NCBI GenBank assembly: GCA_964035545.1 | Contig: OZ037767.1 | Span: 21,034,628 to 21,098,627, forward strand | DNA length: 64,000 bases | Direction of reading: 5' to 3' | Source: Bugula neritina | Taxonomy: Eukaryota; Animalia; Bryozoa | Part shown: positions 1-12,384 of the stretch, one piece after another | Layout of the letters: each line of letters starts with the position of its first letter | Position numbering within the stretch: position 1 is the first letter of the stretch | Program-made: the position numbers and the translations under genes | Notes under the pieces: generated by a model | Seen by the model: the letters and a program-made list of their open reading frames with translations, nothing else | Database searches by the model: none | What the model was told of the DNA's origin: nothing

Positions 1-379
1 ACATAATACTGAGCACTTTGTACACAACTACTCTAAGCCAAGTCCCAAGCTGCTCTGCCCGGCTAGCTGCTTAGCGTGCTTCCACTACGCGTAGCTAGCT
101 CCACCTGATATCAATTAACAGTCCTTCCTGATTGGCTAGTATTAGTGGTGCCACTGTCGGGGAGTTGATGTAGTCGACCTCCACAATAAGATAACGTAGA
201 GTCGACCCTTTCGATATATAAACTAAATTACTAATTGCACTACTAAAACCCATTACAATATTATGTGTAAGCATAGAACATCAGAAAGGATTCAAATACT
301 CCTCATTGCAGTTTGCTAAATGCTTATAAATAACTGTGCATTAAATTTGATCATTTTCTACTATTTTCAGTCAAATAAT

Positions 380-3300
380 ATGATTGTAGCGGTGATTATA
401 TTTATTCTTTTTTTATTCAGGAATGGCACAAAAACTTACAACACATTTCAAAAACTGGGAATTCCATACATGAAGCCTAAGCTACCATACCTAGGTCATG
501 TGATGAATATTCTATTCAAGGTGGGTCTGTTTGTTTCAACAGCACTCAATTACATGGTTTCTAGCTGCATGTTGAGGCTTATGAAATCTAGAAATCATTC
601 AATTGCAACATAATTGTTCACTTTAGCAGTGAAGTGACAGTTTTAAGCCACTTCTAAATTTTCAACATGTTAAGAGTTAAATTCACTTTGGTAACAAAAT
701 GAATTATTATATTACTATCTTTTATAGAATTCTACCATTTTATGTGTTTAAAGTACTGTAGTGCAAAAGTTTTCCTAATTGGCACATCTACAATATAAGC
801 TTTGAACTGATGATATATTATTTTGATAGATTTTCATATATCAAAATATATAATATGATTATATTAGATACAGTATTATATTTATAATAATATTATATAC
901 GATAGTGTTGGCTGGTTCTACAATTATCAAATGCCTATTTTATGTGATAATAATATCATTTCACTTTTGTTGCAAGAATATTTCAAAATTATTTCGTTGA
1001 ACAAGCTTACCATGTGTACTTATGAATATATATTATGCCATCTCCAACTTCCTTTTGTTTTACAGTCAATCATAGAAGAGGATATGATGAGGCGTGCCGA
1101 GTTTCCTGGTAAAATATACGGGTAAATGTTGTTTACAGAAACATTAGTGTTTGCGATTGAGAATAAAATAAAGCTTTAGAATTTGCTGATCCCCTTCAAA
1201 ATGCAGAAACTTTCGATGCATACCAATTTCTTGAACTCAAACCTTGTTACAGCTCAAACAAGTTTCAGCATTGTCAGTCAAATCAATTCACAGCAAAACC
1301 GTTTTGTTGATTGACAGGTTTCCTTAGAAAACTACAACTATACATAATAATTATAAATATATCATTTTATTTATTAATTTTTAATTGATTTTTGATTTAT
1401 TACTCTAATTTTATTGCCACTAGTTTAATTGGCATCATATTTTCATATGTTTTATGCAAAAATATTTGATTTAATAGCTTTATTTAGATTTGTGGTTTAT
1501 ATGTTGAAGCAATAAAATTCAATATTAAAATAATTAAAGTAAATATACAAACATAATCAATGCTGTTTGCATATCATTGTAAGAGAACTATAGAAAATTT
1601 TGAAAACATAACCTGTTGAAACTAGTGGTAAGTTATTGTATATTTTATAATTGACTTGGTTTTCAGCCAGTTCAGGGGCCGACAACCCCAGCTGTGTGTA
1701 GCTGATGTCGAAGTATTAAAGGAAATCACTATTAAGCAGTTGCAGAACTTTAGAAATCACGAGTCACTGTTGGAAGGAGAAGACAATATTCACACGAGAC
1801 ATGTTGGGGCCGTTATGGATGAGCATTGGAAGCACGTTCGTTCTATTCTCACGCCAACCTTCACGTCGGGCAAACTCAAACTGGTAGGGTAATCAATAGA
1901 ACTGCAAGGATAATATATTATTTGTATGATTACCTTAAATATTCCTTGTAATTTTTCAATTTACAAGTATGATTTTGCCCCAAAAAATGCATTTTTTTAA
2001 AGCTAAAGAGTTATAATAAATTTATCTGAAGAAGATAAGTGCACTACCATTTCTTGAATGATGTGGATAATAATATATAATTGTTTATCTTAGCAAAGTT
2101 GCTTTTATGGTAGCCTTAGCCTTGGAAATAACTTCTCCGAGATGAGAATTACTTCCCCTGTTTCCTCACCCCCACTAGCTGCACTCCTACTATAAAATGT
2201 AACTAAAAGTTATATATAATTGTGGCGATTGGTATCTTTTTTGTACTTTATAGATGTTTCCTGTTATAAAGAATTGTGCAGACAAACTAGTATCTCATCT
2301 TAATTCTACCAATTCGGAACCTGTTGATATTAAAGAGTAAGCCAATTATATTATACTCATATTTGTAAAATAATTTATAAGAATAGCAAAGAAATGCTTT
2401 ATTTAATAACAAAAGACTTGAAGCTACTTATGACCAGGAGTGTGGTTTGAATGGGAAGATAACTCCCACTTCAGAGGTTTGACTGTTTCTAGTTAATGAT
2501 TCATACTTCTTCAGTAATATAGTCTCAAAGTAAACAGATCTACCTGTGAGTTGGACACAGCTATGAGCTGTTGACATATCTACCTGCTAACACATCCACC
2601 TGTTGACACACTCAACTGTTGACACATCTAGATATTGACATGTTCACCTGTTGACACATCTAGATGTTGACACATCCACCTGTTGACAAGTTCACCTGTT
2701 GACATGTCCACCTGTTGACACATCTCCCTGTTGACACATCTACATGTTGACACATCTGCCTGTTAACAATCAGCTGACAGCTAGCTAACTTGTGTTACCA
2801 CTGTAACCTGTATTAAATAGAAATCAATCAAGGAACGGCTATCTAAGAAACTCAACCAACTCTATTTATTCTAGACTTATGTTTTTGAATTCCAATATTC
2901 CACTGCAATGATTTGCAGAAAGTTCTCTGAATTTGTTAGTCAGGTTCATAAGTTAGCTACTGCAGTGAGTTGGAGAGTTTCACTTTTCAATTCAAAGCTT
3001 TGTGCTAACTTGGTGCTGGAATTTAGCCTATTTCTGTTGTCATAATTTAAATCACACAAACATGCTGCATCTACTTTAGATATACATGGGTTGATTGAAA
3101 ATTAGACTTTAGGAAGAGGAAAGTCAACAATTACTTCTTAACGAATATATTATATTGGTATAATGTGATGTAGTATAGTATAGTATATAACATAGTATAG
3201 TATATAACATAGTGTAGTATAACATAGTATAGTATAGTATAGTATAGTATAGTATATAACATAGTGTAGTATAACATAGTATAGTATAGTATAGTATAGT

Positions 3301-6300
3301 ATAGTATAGTATATAACATAGTGTAGTATAACATAGTATAGTATAGTATAGTATAGTATACTATAGTATAGTGTGGTATAGAGTAGTATAATATCATAGT
3401 GTAGTATAACATAGTATAGAGTAATATAGTATATTATAGTGTAGTGTATTATTGTATAGTGTTGTGTAGTGTATTATTATATAGTATAGTATAGAGCTAA
3501 GGGTTCTATTACAAGACATGATATAATGTATAGTTATACGGCGGGATACACTATGGATGTGATAGCTAGCACTGTATTTGGGTTGGATGTGGATTCGCAG
3601 AGCAAAACTGACCATCCTTTTGTTGAACATGCATCTGCTCTTCTTGGGGCCAGCAAAAAGCCGAATGGATTCTTCACCATTTGCAAACAGATCTGTCTCG
3701 CCATAATGCTATGTAAGTGCTAAGAAATTTCATCATCATGTCTTAGATAAGGGTAATGACTAGCATGTGGCAGGTGTAAACAGGTGGTTTGGGAGTCTGT
3801 GACAGGAACGAGTTTTTGTGTTACTTCACAAACTGGTAGACCAATATTGAATAACTATTATTGAAAAGTTGATAAGATAGTGATTGAATTCATTTAAGTC
3901 TGAACTAATTTGTTAATAAATTGTACTAGTTTATATCATGTGAGTATTTTCTGTCTATGCTTTCTTACAACACATACACGTATAAGATGATATGAAACAC
4001 ATATAAGTTGATACCAATTTGGTGAAGTAAAAAACATTTGGCCAAAGTGCACAGAGATAAATCTTACGTAATTTAGCTACAGCCACCTGTTTATTATAAA
4101 GGCAACAACAAGACAAAACTAAAATTATTGTCAGCAGTACCTATGGATGAATTGACATTACTACCAATATATCATTACCGTAGATACTTCTTCCAGAAGC
4201 ATAATGTACTTGTATTTTATTATTCAAAAATTTCATATAGCCAAAACTGTTTAAATATATGCACATGACTTTGACAAAGTCTTCAGAGAGAAAATGTGAT
4301 TGAGTGAGACAAGTGTCTGACAGAGTATTTTCTGGTTACAGTTACATTTCCAACGTCTCTGCGCGTGGTGTTGGCTAACTTCTTTGGTCTCTCCATTGTG
4401 GACCAGGAGAATATGAAGTACTTTAACAATGTGATTGACAGACTGGTGGAAGAAAGAAAACAAAATCCTGATTCAGAGGTAGGTGTATGTTCAGACTAGG
4501 TAAGGAGGTAAGTTGAGTACGCAGGGAAACAGGTAAATAAGTAACTATATACACTCAGTATAGCTATATACAGTCAGTGTAACTATATACAGTCAGTATA
4601 ACTATATACAGTCAGTATAACTATATACAGTCAGTATAACTATATACAGTCAGTATAACTATATACAGTCAGTATAACTACATACAGTCAGTATGACTAT
4701 AATATACAGTCAGTATAACTATATACAGTCAGTATAACTATATACAGTCAGTATAACTATATACAGTCAGTATAACTATATACAGTTAGTATAACTATAT
4801 ACAGTCAGTATAACTATATACAGTTAGTATAACTATATATACAGTCAGTATAACTATATACAGTTAGTATAACTATATATACAGTCAGTATGACTATATA
4901 CAGTCAGTATGACTATATACAGTTAGTATAACTATATACAGACACTATAACAACATGTCTTGTTTTACAGAACTCAAAAGACTTTGTGTCTCAGTGTTCC
5001 AAGAAAGTTGTGGACTTGAGTCAAGTACCCAAAGAGAAAGTCTTTATGTCTTCAAGTGGATTCCAATGGACTACAGAAGGTATATGTGTGTGTGTTAGAA
5101 TTCTCAGAAATAGTGTGCGTGTGTATATGAAATATATACTGTATATATTATATTATATATGTATGTATGTATTACAAAAGCTGAATAATTTAAAGCATAT
5201 GCTTAAGCAGAACAGCAATGTTATAGGCTTCATAGACAGCAGTTTATAAAATATAATATATGTGCTAAAAGCATGCATTATGTAAAGCCATTAACATGTT
5301 TTAATTTTTTGTGGCTGATATACTGAAAGACGATTTGTATTCTGGATGAGTAGAACTAATGACCTTCGCCCTCTGACCTAATATCGTTCTGTTGACTGAA
5401 TATTTGAGTGGCTGATGGTTGCAGGTCTTACGAGGGAAGACTTTGTAGCAAACTCTACGATATTCTTTGGTGCTGGATACGAAACCACGGCAACCGCCTT
5501 ACAGTTCTTCTTCTACAACATGGCTGTGCATCCCGATATTCAGCAGAAGGTGGGCGCTGCAAGTTGACTTTATTGTGTTCTGCAGAAGAACAGCTTTTGA
5601 TAATTCTAGACCAGGGGTGTCCAACCTCTTCAGATCGAGGGCCACTAAAAGGGAATATCTTGTTGCAATGGCCACATTGTATACTTTAGCTTGTGCTGGG
5701 GGACACAGTGTCAGTATTTTTTAAATTATTTGATTCTGATTTCTGATGAATCATCACACAGTAAAGTCGCAATAATTAATACAGTCATTTAAAAGGTGGT
5801 TTTTCACTTTAATTCATATATACTGTAAAAAAAAACTTTAGTTTTTGCCTTTGAGAGCCACATAAATGTAGGCTGGGGGTCATGCACATCCGGCACTGGG
5901 GCCGCCTGCCAGACATCCCTGCTCTAGACCAATTGGCAATAGATCATTTAGTTTTACCACCCCAGCTCTTACCATCTCCAAAAGTTCTATTAAGTCATTC
6001 ATAATATTTTGATTCAGTTGTTGCGATAGAGCAATTTATCTTCATAGTCATATGTTGGCAGCTGATTATACTAAATATGAACATGTAAACCTTGCAGCTG
6101 TATGACCACCTGCGTGAAGAGTTAGGGGAAGATGACTTCTCATATGAACAGTTGCAGCGTCTAGACTACTTGGAGTGGTGCATCTGTGAGTCTATGAGAT
6201 TGTTTCCTCCAGTTGTTAGGTTAGTTGGAAAATCGTGGTCACATTTTTTATCATGGTTACTATGGTTACCTACCTCATGCTAGCAACTAAATGAATTCCC

Positions 6301-8208
6301 GATTAATGTTAAAATAGTTTCAGCCATTTTTAAGCTATTAAAACCTAGCTATCATGATGACTTGGGGCATACTTTATATATTGGTTGATTTCGCTTGCTC
6401 CTGCAAGGTTTTATCTGATAGGTTATGTTGCCCACCTGCTACACACAGACATTTCCCTTAGACACATTTTGCCGCACCACAGGCCGTAACATAACATGTC
6501 AGCCATTTTTAACGTGTCCAGGCTGAAGTTCTCAAAGTGCGCTATTGGGTACAATCTATGACACCTCATTGGACATTTGCCTCCAATGAATTGACGAAAA
6601 CGACTTCCTGTTCAATAGGAGCTTGCCGCAACTTTTTTAAATCAATGCTGTACAGGAAGCTCGGACGTTTGTAAAATGGCTGACATTTTATGTTATGGCC
6701 TACAGTGCAGCGAAGTGTCTCTAGGAGGTTAGGCTACAGTCATACAGTGTATAACCTGTAACCATCAGATTAACCTGGCAGTTATCCAACCTTTTGTTAT
6801 AATTACCGATTCTTGTATTTAATAAGCAATCCCATTTTTGTAACTTTCACATATAGAATTGAGAGACTGGCTAATGCAGACACTGTTGTCAATGGTATAA
6901 CTATCCCAGAAGGCATGGGGGTTCAAGGACTGGTTTACGCAATTCATCACGATCCGGATTACTGGCCTCAACCAGAGAGGTTTGACCCTGAAAGGTCAGT
7001 TGCTTGTTTCTCTCAGCAACGATTTTGTGGTGAATTTTTTGCGCACTCTTTGAGCTCTATTTGTAAACTGACTAGTTTTATAGTTTCTATTTAATGTGTT
7101 TTATATAAATCATTTTTGCATGATTAGTTGCTGAAGTATATTTTACTAAAGTGTACATTACTACAATATCTAATAATAAAGTATACCTATATCATGGCAT
7201 CATATATAATTACTACAGAAAATACTACTACATTATGTACATATATTATGGCTCTACATGTTATCACATCTTCATACACATGCACACTCACGCACACTCA
7301 CACTCACGCACACTCACTCACACACACTCACGCACACTCACGCACGCTCACACTCACACACACTTACGCACACTCACACTCACGCTCACTCACACTTGCG
7401 TTCACTCACACTCACGCGTGCATGCATATAAACTCATATCAGAGGGCTCAAGTGACTCTAGGGATCACCTAGAAGTCAAGAGTCGCAAGCCTTGCAAAAT
7501 GCTAGCAGCTTGAGTTTGTGACAGTGGTTAGAGAGCTCAGTTACTAATTGTCATTGCTGTGCATAAAGTGAGAGGATTATACCTCAATCTGTCAACAACA
7601 GCTGATTTGTCCCTTCATCAGCGCAGAACAGAGTACATATACATATACATATACATGTACATGTATATGTGTACATGTATGTGTACATATACACATACAT
7701 GTACACATATACATATCTATCACAACATATATATTGTAGATTTTCTTCAGAGAACAAGACTGAAATTCAACAATATGCTTGGCTGCCGTTTGGGGCCGGA
7801 GGAAGAAGCTGCATAGCAAACAGACTAGCGATGTTGGAAATGAAAATAGCTGTAGCTAAGGCTATGTTATCGCTGCAGTTTGAGAGGGTGGCTGCAACTA
7901 AGGACCCGGTAAGTGACGAAACTAGTGGCAGATTTAAGGCTTCTTGTCATTCAATGTGCATATCTCTATGAAAATCATTATTATATTGTTCTTTGGCAAA
8001 TATATTATTGCAATCAGTTTAAATCATGAAATAAGCCAATCAAATGCAATCCATCTCAAACAAAACACAGATGAAGAATCTCTTCATGGCTGATACAAAT
8101 TTTTGTCTGCATCTGTTTCAGGCGGAGATAAAACAGAAACCAGCTGTTGCTTTCTTTTTACCAAAAGACCCAATTCAGATCTCTGCGGTTCCAAGAAGTT
8201 CTTTTTGA
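380..8208 (+). CDS. Cytochrome P450, clan 3 (CYP3A-like), multi-exon
   Basis: Phase-consistent GT-AG exons: (380 or 421)-520, 1066-1121, 1667-1883, 2254-2336, 3534-3712, 4342-4478, 4971-5079, 5425-5549, 6098-6219, 6857-6994, 7740-7908, 8122-8208 (TGA). Motifs: WKHVR..LTPTFTSGKLK (C-helix), YTMDVIASTVFG, AGYETT (I-helix), ESMR (ExxR), PERFDPER, FGAGGRSCIA (heme Cys). The start is uncertain: ATG380 gives a hydrophobic anchor MIVAVIIFILFLF, or a first exon lies upstream of the window and splices at 421. Confidence 0.95.
2575..2765. repeat. ~16-bp minisatellite (CCTGTTGACACATCYA) in CYP intron
   Basis: About 12 degenerate tandem copies are visible. Confidence 0.85.
3165..3492. repeat. (TAGTA)n-based microsatellite
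   Basis: Pentanucleotide array interspersed with TATAACATAG; explains the spurious minus-strand ORFs 3131-3630. Confidence 0.9.
4541..4945. repeat. 19-bp minisatellite (CAGTCAGTATAACTATATA) filling most of a CYP intron
   Basis: About 20 near-identical tandem copies in intron 4479-4970. Confidence 0.95.
5612..5921. mobile_element. Non-autonomous hAT (Charlie-like) MITE
   Basis: Termini CAGGGGTGTCC...AGACATCCCTG form an imperfect TIR, flanked by 8-bp TTCTAGAC / CTCTAGAC (7/8-identical TSD with the TCTAGA core typical of hAT-Charlie targets). Confidence 0.75.
6400..6781. mobile_element. Palindromic (foldback) MITE-like element in CYP intron
   Basis: Long imperfect inverted repeat: CTGCAAGGTTTTATCTGAT / ATCAGATTAACCTGGCAG at the outside; GGCCGTAACATAACATGTCAGCCATTTT / AAAATGGCTGACATTTTATGTTATGGCC inside. 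Confidence 0.7.
7282..7416. repeat. CA-rich (CACT/CACG) microsatellite
   Basis: Directly visible; gives the His/Thr-rich spurious ORFs 7128-7513. Confidence 0.9.
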
Positions 8209-9384
8209 AGTTATTCTTCCTTATTCCAAAAGCTATATGTGATTTAAGATAGGGCAGATAAACTTTTTACTCAAATGCAAATTGTTACACTACTTCATTT
8301 TTCTAGCTAATTATAAATCAACATGGCCATAACTATAATGTAGAATACCAACAATAAATATTTACAGATTTAATTTAATTTGCTTGCTTTTAAATAGCCC
8401 ATGGATTTTTATTTATAGAATGTTTTTTGTAGCTATACTATATTATTATATTAGAATATTTGATTTCAATATTATCAAAGTATAGCATCTTTATCTGTTA
8501 CTTCTATTCCTTATTATAGTAACTGTTCAAAATTTATTATATTTCTATTTAACAAATTTTTTCCTGTTGAATATGAAAATTCTGCTAGCTATGGCACAAA
8601 AATATGAAACTGGAATAAATGTTTCTAAACCATAACCAATTCGTTCCAAATTTCCAACTTCCAATGTATAACATGTAAACAGCAATTATGATTACTATAT
8701 AACTTATATATAACTTTGTGTGATTTGATTTACAACTTTTTCTAAAAACCACTTTTTATCACTGTGAATTGGTAAACTTGCATGCAAGCATTCTCCTGTT
8801 TCTCACCTACTCTGTCGTGGTGCGGGATGAGTGGCGGTCTTGCAGGGCACCAAGTGCTATATCAGAGAATGCTATATAATTCTGTCAGCAACTTTAGTGG
8901 ACGTGGGCATACATCATGCTACCCCCAACATTGCTGTGACATAGCGCTGCAGTTTTGTTCAATAAGCCACTAAGTTGTGTTGCAAAGCTAAAACATACTC
9001 TTTGTGTGTTTGAGAGAGAGAACTGGAATTTTAATTTTTGAAAGAATAACTGTATTTACAACACTTAACAATTACAGTTACATCAAGGTAAAAAGTCACA
9101 ATATCAATAGAACCTTTACACTAATGATCACAGTAATAGTCCCAGTAACCAAGTGTGTCTGGGCGTTCAAATTGTCCTGCTTATAAACAGCTTGATGTTG
9201 ATTGGTCCACAGGCTCCGGCCGTCATCAGCATTTTACAGAGAGCACGAAAGAAAGCCATGATACAGTTTGTCTATAATACAATCTGCCTAATGAATAACG
9301 CATAGATGAGGTTCAAAACATGACATGGAGAAGGGGGGGGGTAGCATAACATGTCCCACGGCCAACACATAGGTGATGGCATTG

Positions 9385-9720
9385 TGTCAAAGAATACAAT
9401 ACGCAGTTCTTTACTAGATGCCCTGTATTTTTCTTGCAGAATGTGAAGACAAAACATGTATGGGCTCAGTAGTAGATCTGCCTCTTTGAAAACCATATTA
9501 GTTAAGTCCTTTAGCTTGACCAACTCTCTTAGCCTTGCTTAGACCACTCTTTCATAAAGTTTGAGAGAGTGGCTGAGAAGCTTTATACCCCTGTAGTGTC
9601 GTCAACTGAGGGGAGGTCACCTTTCTGTTTGTAATGGGAAACAATTTTACTTTTTCGCCACTCTTTTGGTACCTATTCCTTTTCTTATTGCTTCTCTAAA
9701 ACATGATGTAATCCATGCTG
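9385..9720 (-). mobile_element. Degraded RTE-like non-LTR retrotransposon reverse-transcriptase fragment
   Basis: Minus-strand translation gives pieces PKEWRKSKIV..., YRGIKLLSHSLKLYERVV* and LQEKYRASSKELRIVFFD, matching LINE RT N-terminal motifs, with stops and frameshifts. Confidence 0.75.
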
Positions 9721-10734
9721 TCCATGTGTAGTAGTAATTGAATGCCTAGCATAAATTACAAAAAGTGAGCATGACTACTATTCACCCTTAATTTTGAAAG
9801 GGAAATTATTAATAGATAACATAAATTGATTAATACTATTATAGTTATTTACATTAACTTTACTAGTTTTACATTTATAGCAACTGTAATGTATTTGGTT
9901 GAAAATGGTTATTGCAAGCATTATTTCTACTAATTTTCACATTGTGGTCACTGTGTAACTTAAACTTATAGCTTTGTATTGTTATGGTGGAATATGCAGT
10001 TTAGAGCTATAGCAACTCACCGGATAATACAATTGGGTTGTAGCCTTCGGTTCAGCTCAGGGTCGGTAGATTAATACGGGTTGCTTGGCTTGCGAGATAA
10101 CTCCAGCTCCTGTTAGTCTGTAGGGGTAAAGTTATGACTCCAGCTTAGGGTATTTGTCTGGTGGTGCTCCTCAGTCTATGATCCTGGGCTAGCCCTCACT
10201 AACATACCCCAATACATTCTATTCTATTTAAACTCATATATTCTCTTCTTTCCACAATCTTTAATCACTCAATCTTCTCAATTTCTCTCATACACACTGT
10301 TTTCTATCTGCAACACTCACACAAGCCACAACCACACTCTAGCTATGTTGATACAAATATCTCAGAGTTGTGCACTCCTCATACACGTAACAGTAAAAGA
10401 AGACAACTACATGTAACTTAAAAACCCAGATACAACAGTGTTTACATGCATGAGTTTTAAAGCTGATTTGGTTTCATATGTTTAGATAAAAATGTTTTAA
10501 AAGCTACATCATCAAGCAAAACAAAAAATTGTACATATAAAATAAAATAAATCGAATAACTTGAATAAAATAACAGAACGGCTAAATCTTCCCTTTCATA
10601 CTTTTATAAGGCTTGCGGCATAGATAAGCGACACAATGATGTTTTCATGGTCAAGGTCAAAAGCGCAAGTGACGCTACTTTAAGTTTAAACCCTTTGGCT
10701 AACCGTTGCTCATCTGCATGCTCATGCTGACAGA

Positions 10735-11500
10735 TACTAATGCCAATGGTGATAATTGTTAGTGTCACGTCTGTCGATACTGATAGCATAAGAATCATCA
10801 AATCTAATAGTAATACTAATACTAATAGTAATTGCAATACTAGTAATATTACAGTTACTCTATTAGTTGATACTTGAAGTTGGTAGTCCTACTCATCGAA
10901 CTCAATTATCTAATTCAGCTCAGTGGTCCTTCTAGTACTGCTACTCAATCTCATAGACTTAGAGTATTATACTCATACTCATAGTCACACTGGTACTGAT
11001 ACGATAGTAATGCTCCCCTCGCAAAAATTAGAACACTCTGCTAACACCTACTGGCGCAAAATTGTGAGTGCCTCTGGCTCTTATGTTGTTTTTGTTTGGG
11101 TTTATCATCATCATGTGTTGAAATGTATCTATTTTAGCATGTAGCTAAGTTAGAATATTTTAATTGTGATACTGATAGTGATACTTATAGTTATAGCCAT
11201 ACTCAATATCACAGCCCATGGGCATACTGATACTGATACCTTATCATACTTATACTTATAGTTATACTCATACTCATGTATGACTCATAGTGATAGTCAT
11301 AGTGATAGTATTACATTTACTCTCTTGGTATTAGTATTACTATTAGTATTAGTAATCAATATCAATATGATCATAATGCTCAATCTCATACTTATAATTA
11401 TTGATACTATCATATTCATAGCGATAGTCATAGTGTAAGTGATAGTCACTGTGACTATCATATTCATACTGATACTCATAGTGATAGTGATACTATAAGT
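10735..11500. repeat. Degenerate hexamer low-complexity tract (TACTCA/TAGTGA/TACTAA)
   Basis: Patchy 6-nt periodicity at 10735-11010 and 11165-11500, upstream of the chromodomain gene. Confidence 0.6.
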
Positions 11501-12384
11501 ATATATTTAATTTTATGATGACATACTGAAGTGACACCATATGACATATCTGTCCTTTTGATGAAGGGTCACAAAGTGCAAGATAAACTAAAAGACCTAT
11601 AAATCCAAACAAAGATCAAAATGCAATAATGTGAAAATGTCAAAGCTATAAGTATAACAGTTCCTAGGTGATATGAGTTTTTGAAATATGATTTAAGTTA
11701 ACGTTCATACACTAACAAAATTGTAGCAATTTGCCTGGTGAATATCTTTTGGCAATATAGTGCAGTTTGTACAATGACACTTTATATCCTGACTAATCTA
11801 TGCTGGCAAATTATTATGTCTATACCCAACTGGTGGTTTTGAAATGCGTTTTGATTTTGTGACTGTGTAGTTCCCATTAGTTCTCAGTGTGGTTTTGTGG
11901 GCTGTTGGTGATGCATACTTATAGATAGTCTTACAATGGCATAACCTGACTAGCAGCTTAGTGCTGTAAAATATTTTTTTACCATTATATATACTCATAT
12001 TCTTATTTGTGGTTTACCATTCATCCTTATGCAAACTGTTATTTGCTTATTATTACCACATGAATAGTTGTCATTGCATTTACCCATTCCTGTTTTACTG
12101 GTTATTCAGTTGCCTGCTAGTGCTCTATTAATACAGACATATACTACACAAACTACTTCAAATTCATATTATCTCAACGAAGCACGAAACATAACAGTTG
12201 GTTTATTACATATTCTGCTTTAGCAATAAGGGATACTGGGTGTACCTGCTTCTCATGGCCATAAACGTGTTTGGACAGGGTATATGCTTGAATTTAATAT
12301 AGCTTTGTTGTTTATACTTTATGTGTCCTTCATCTGTCCTTTATATGTGAACATATTTTTAATTATCTGTTTTTAGAGTTTGGC

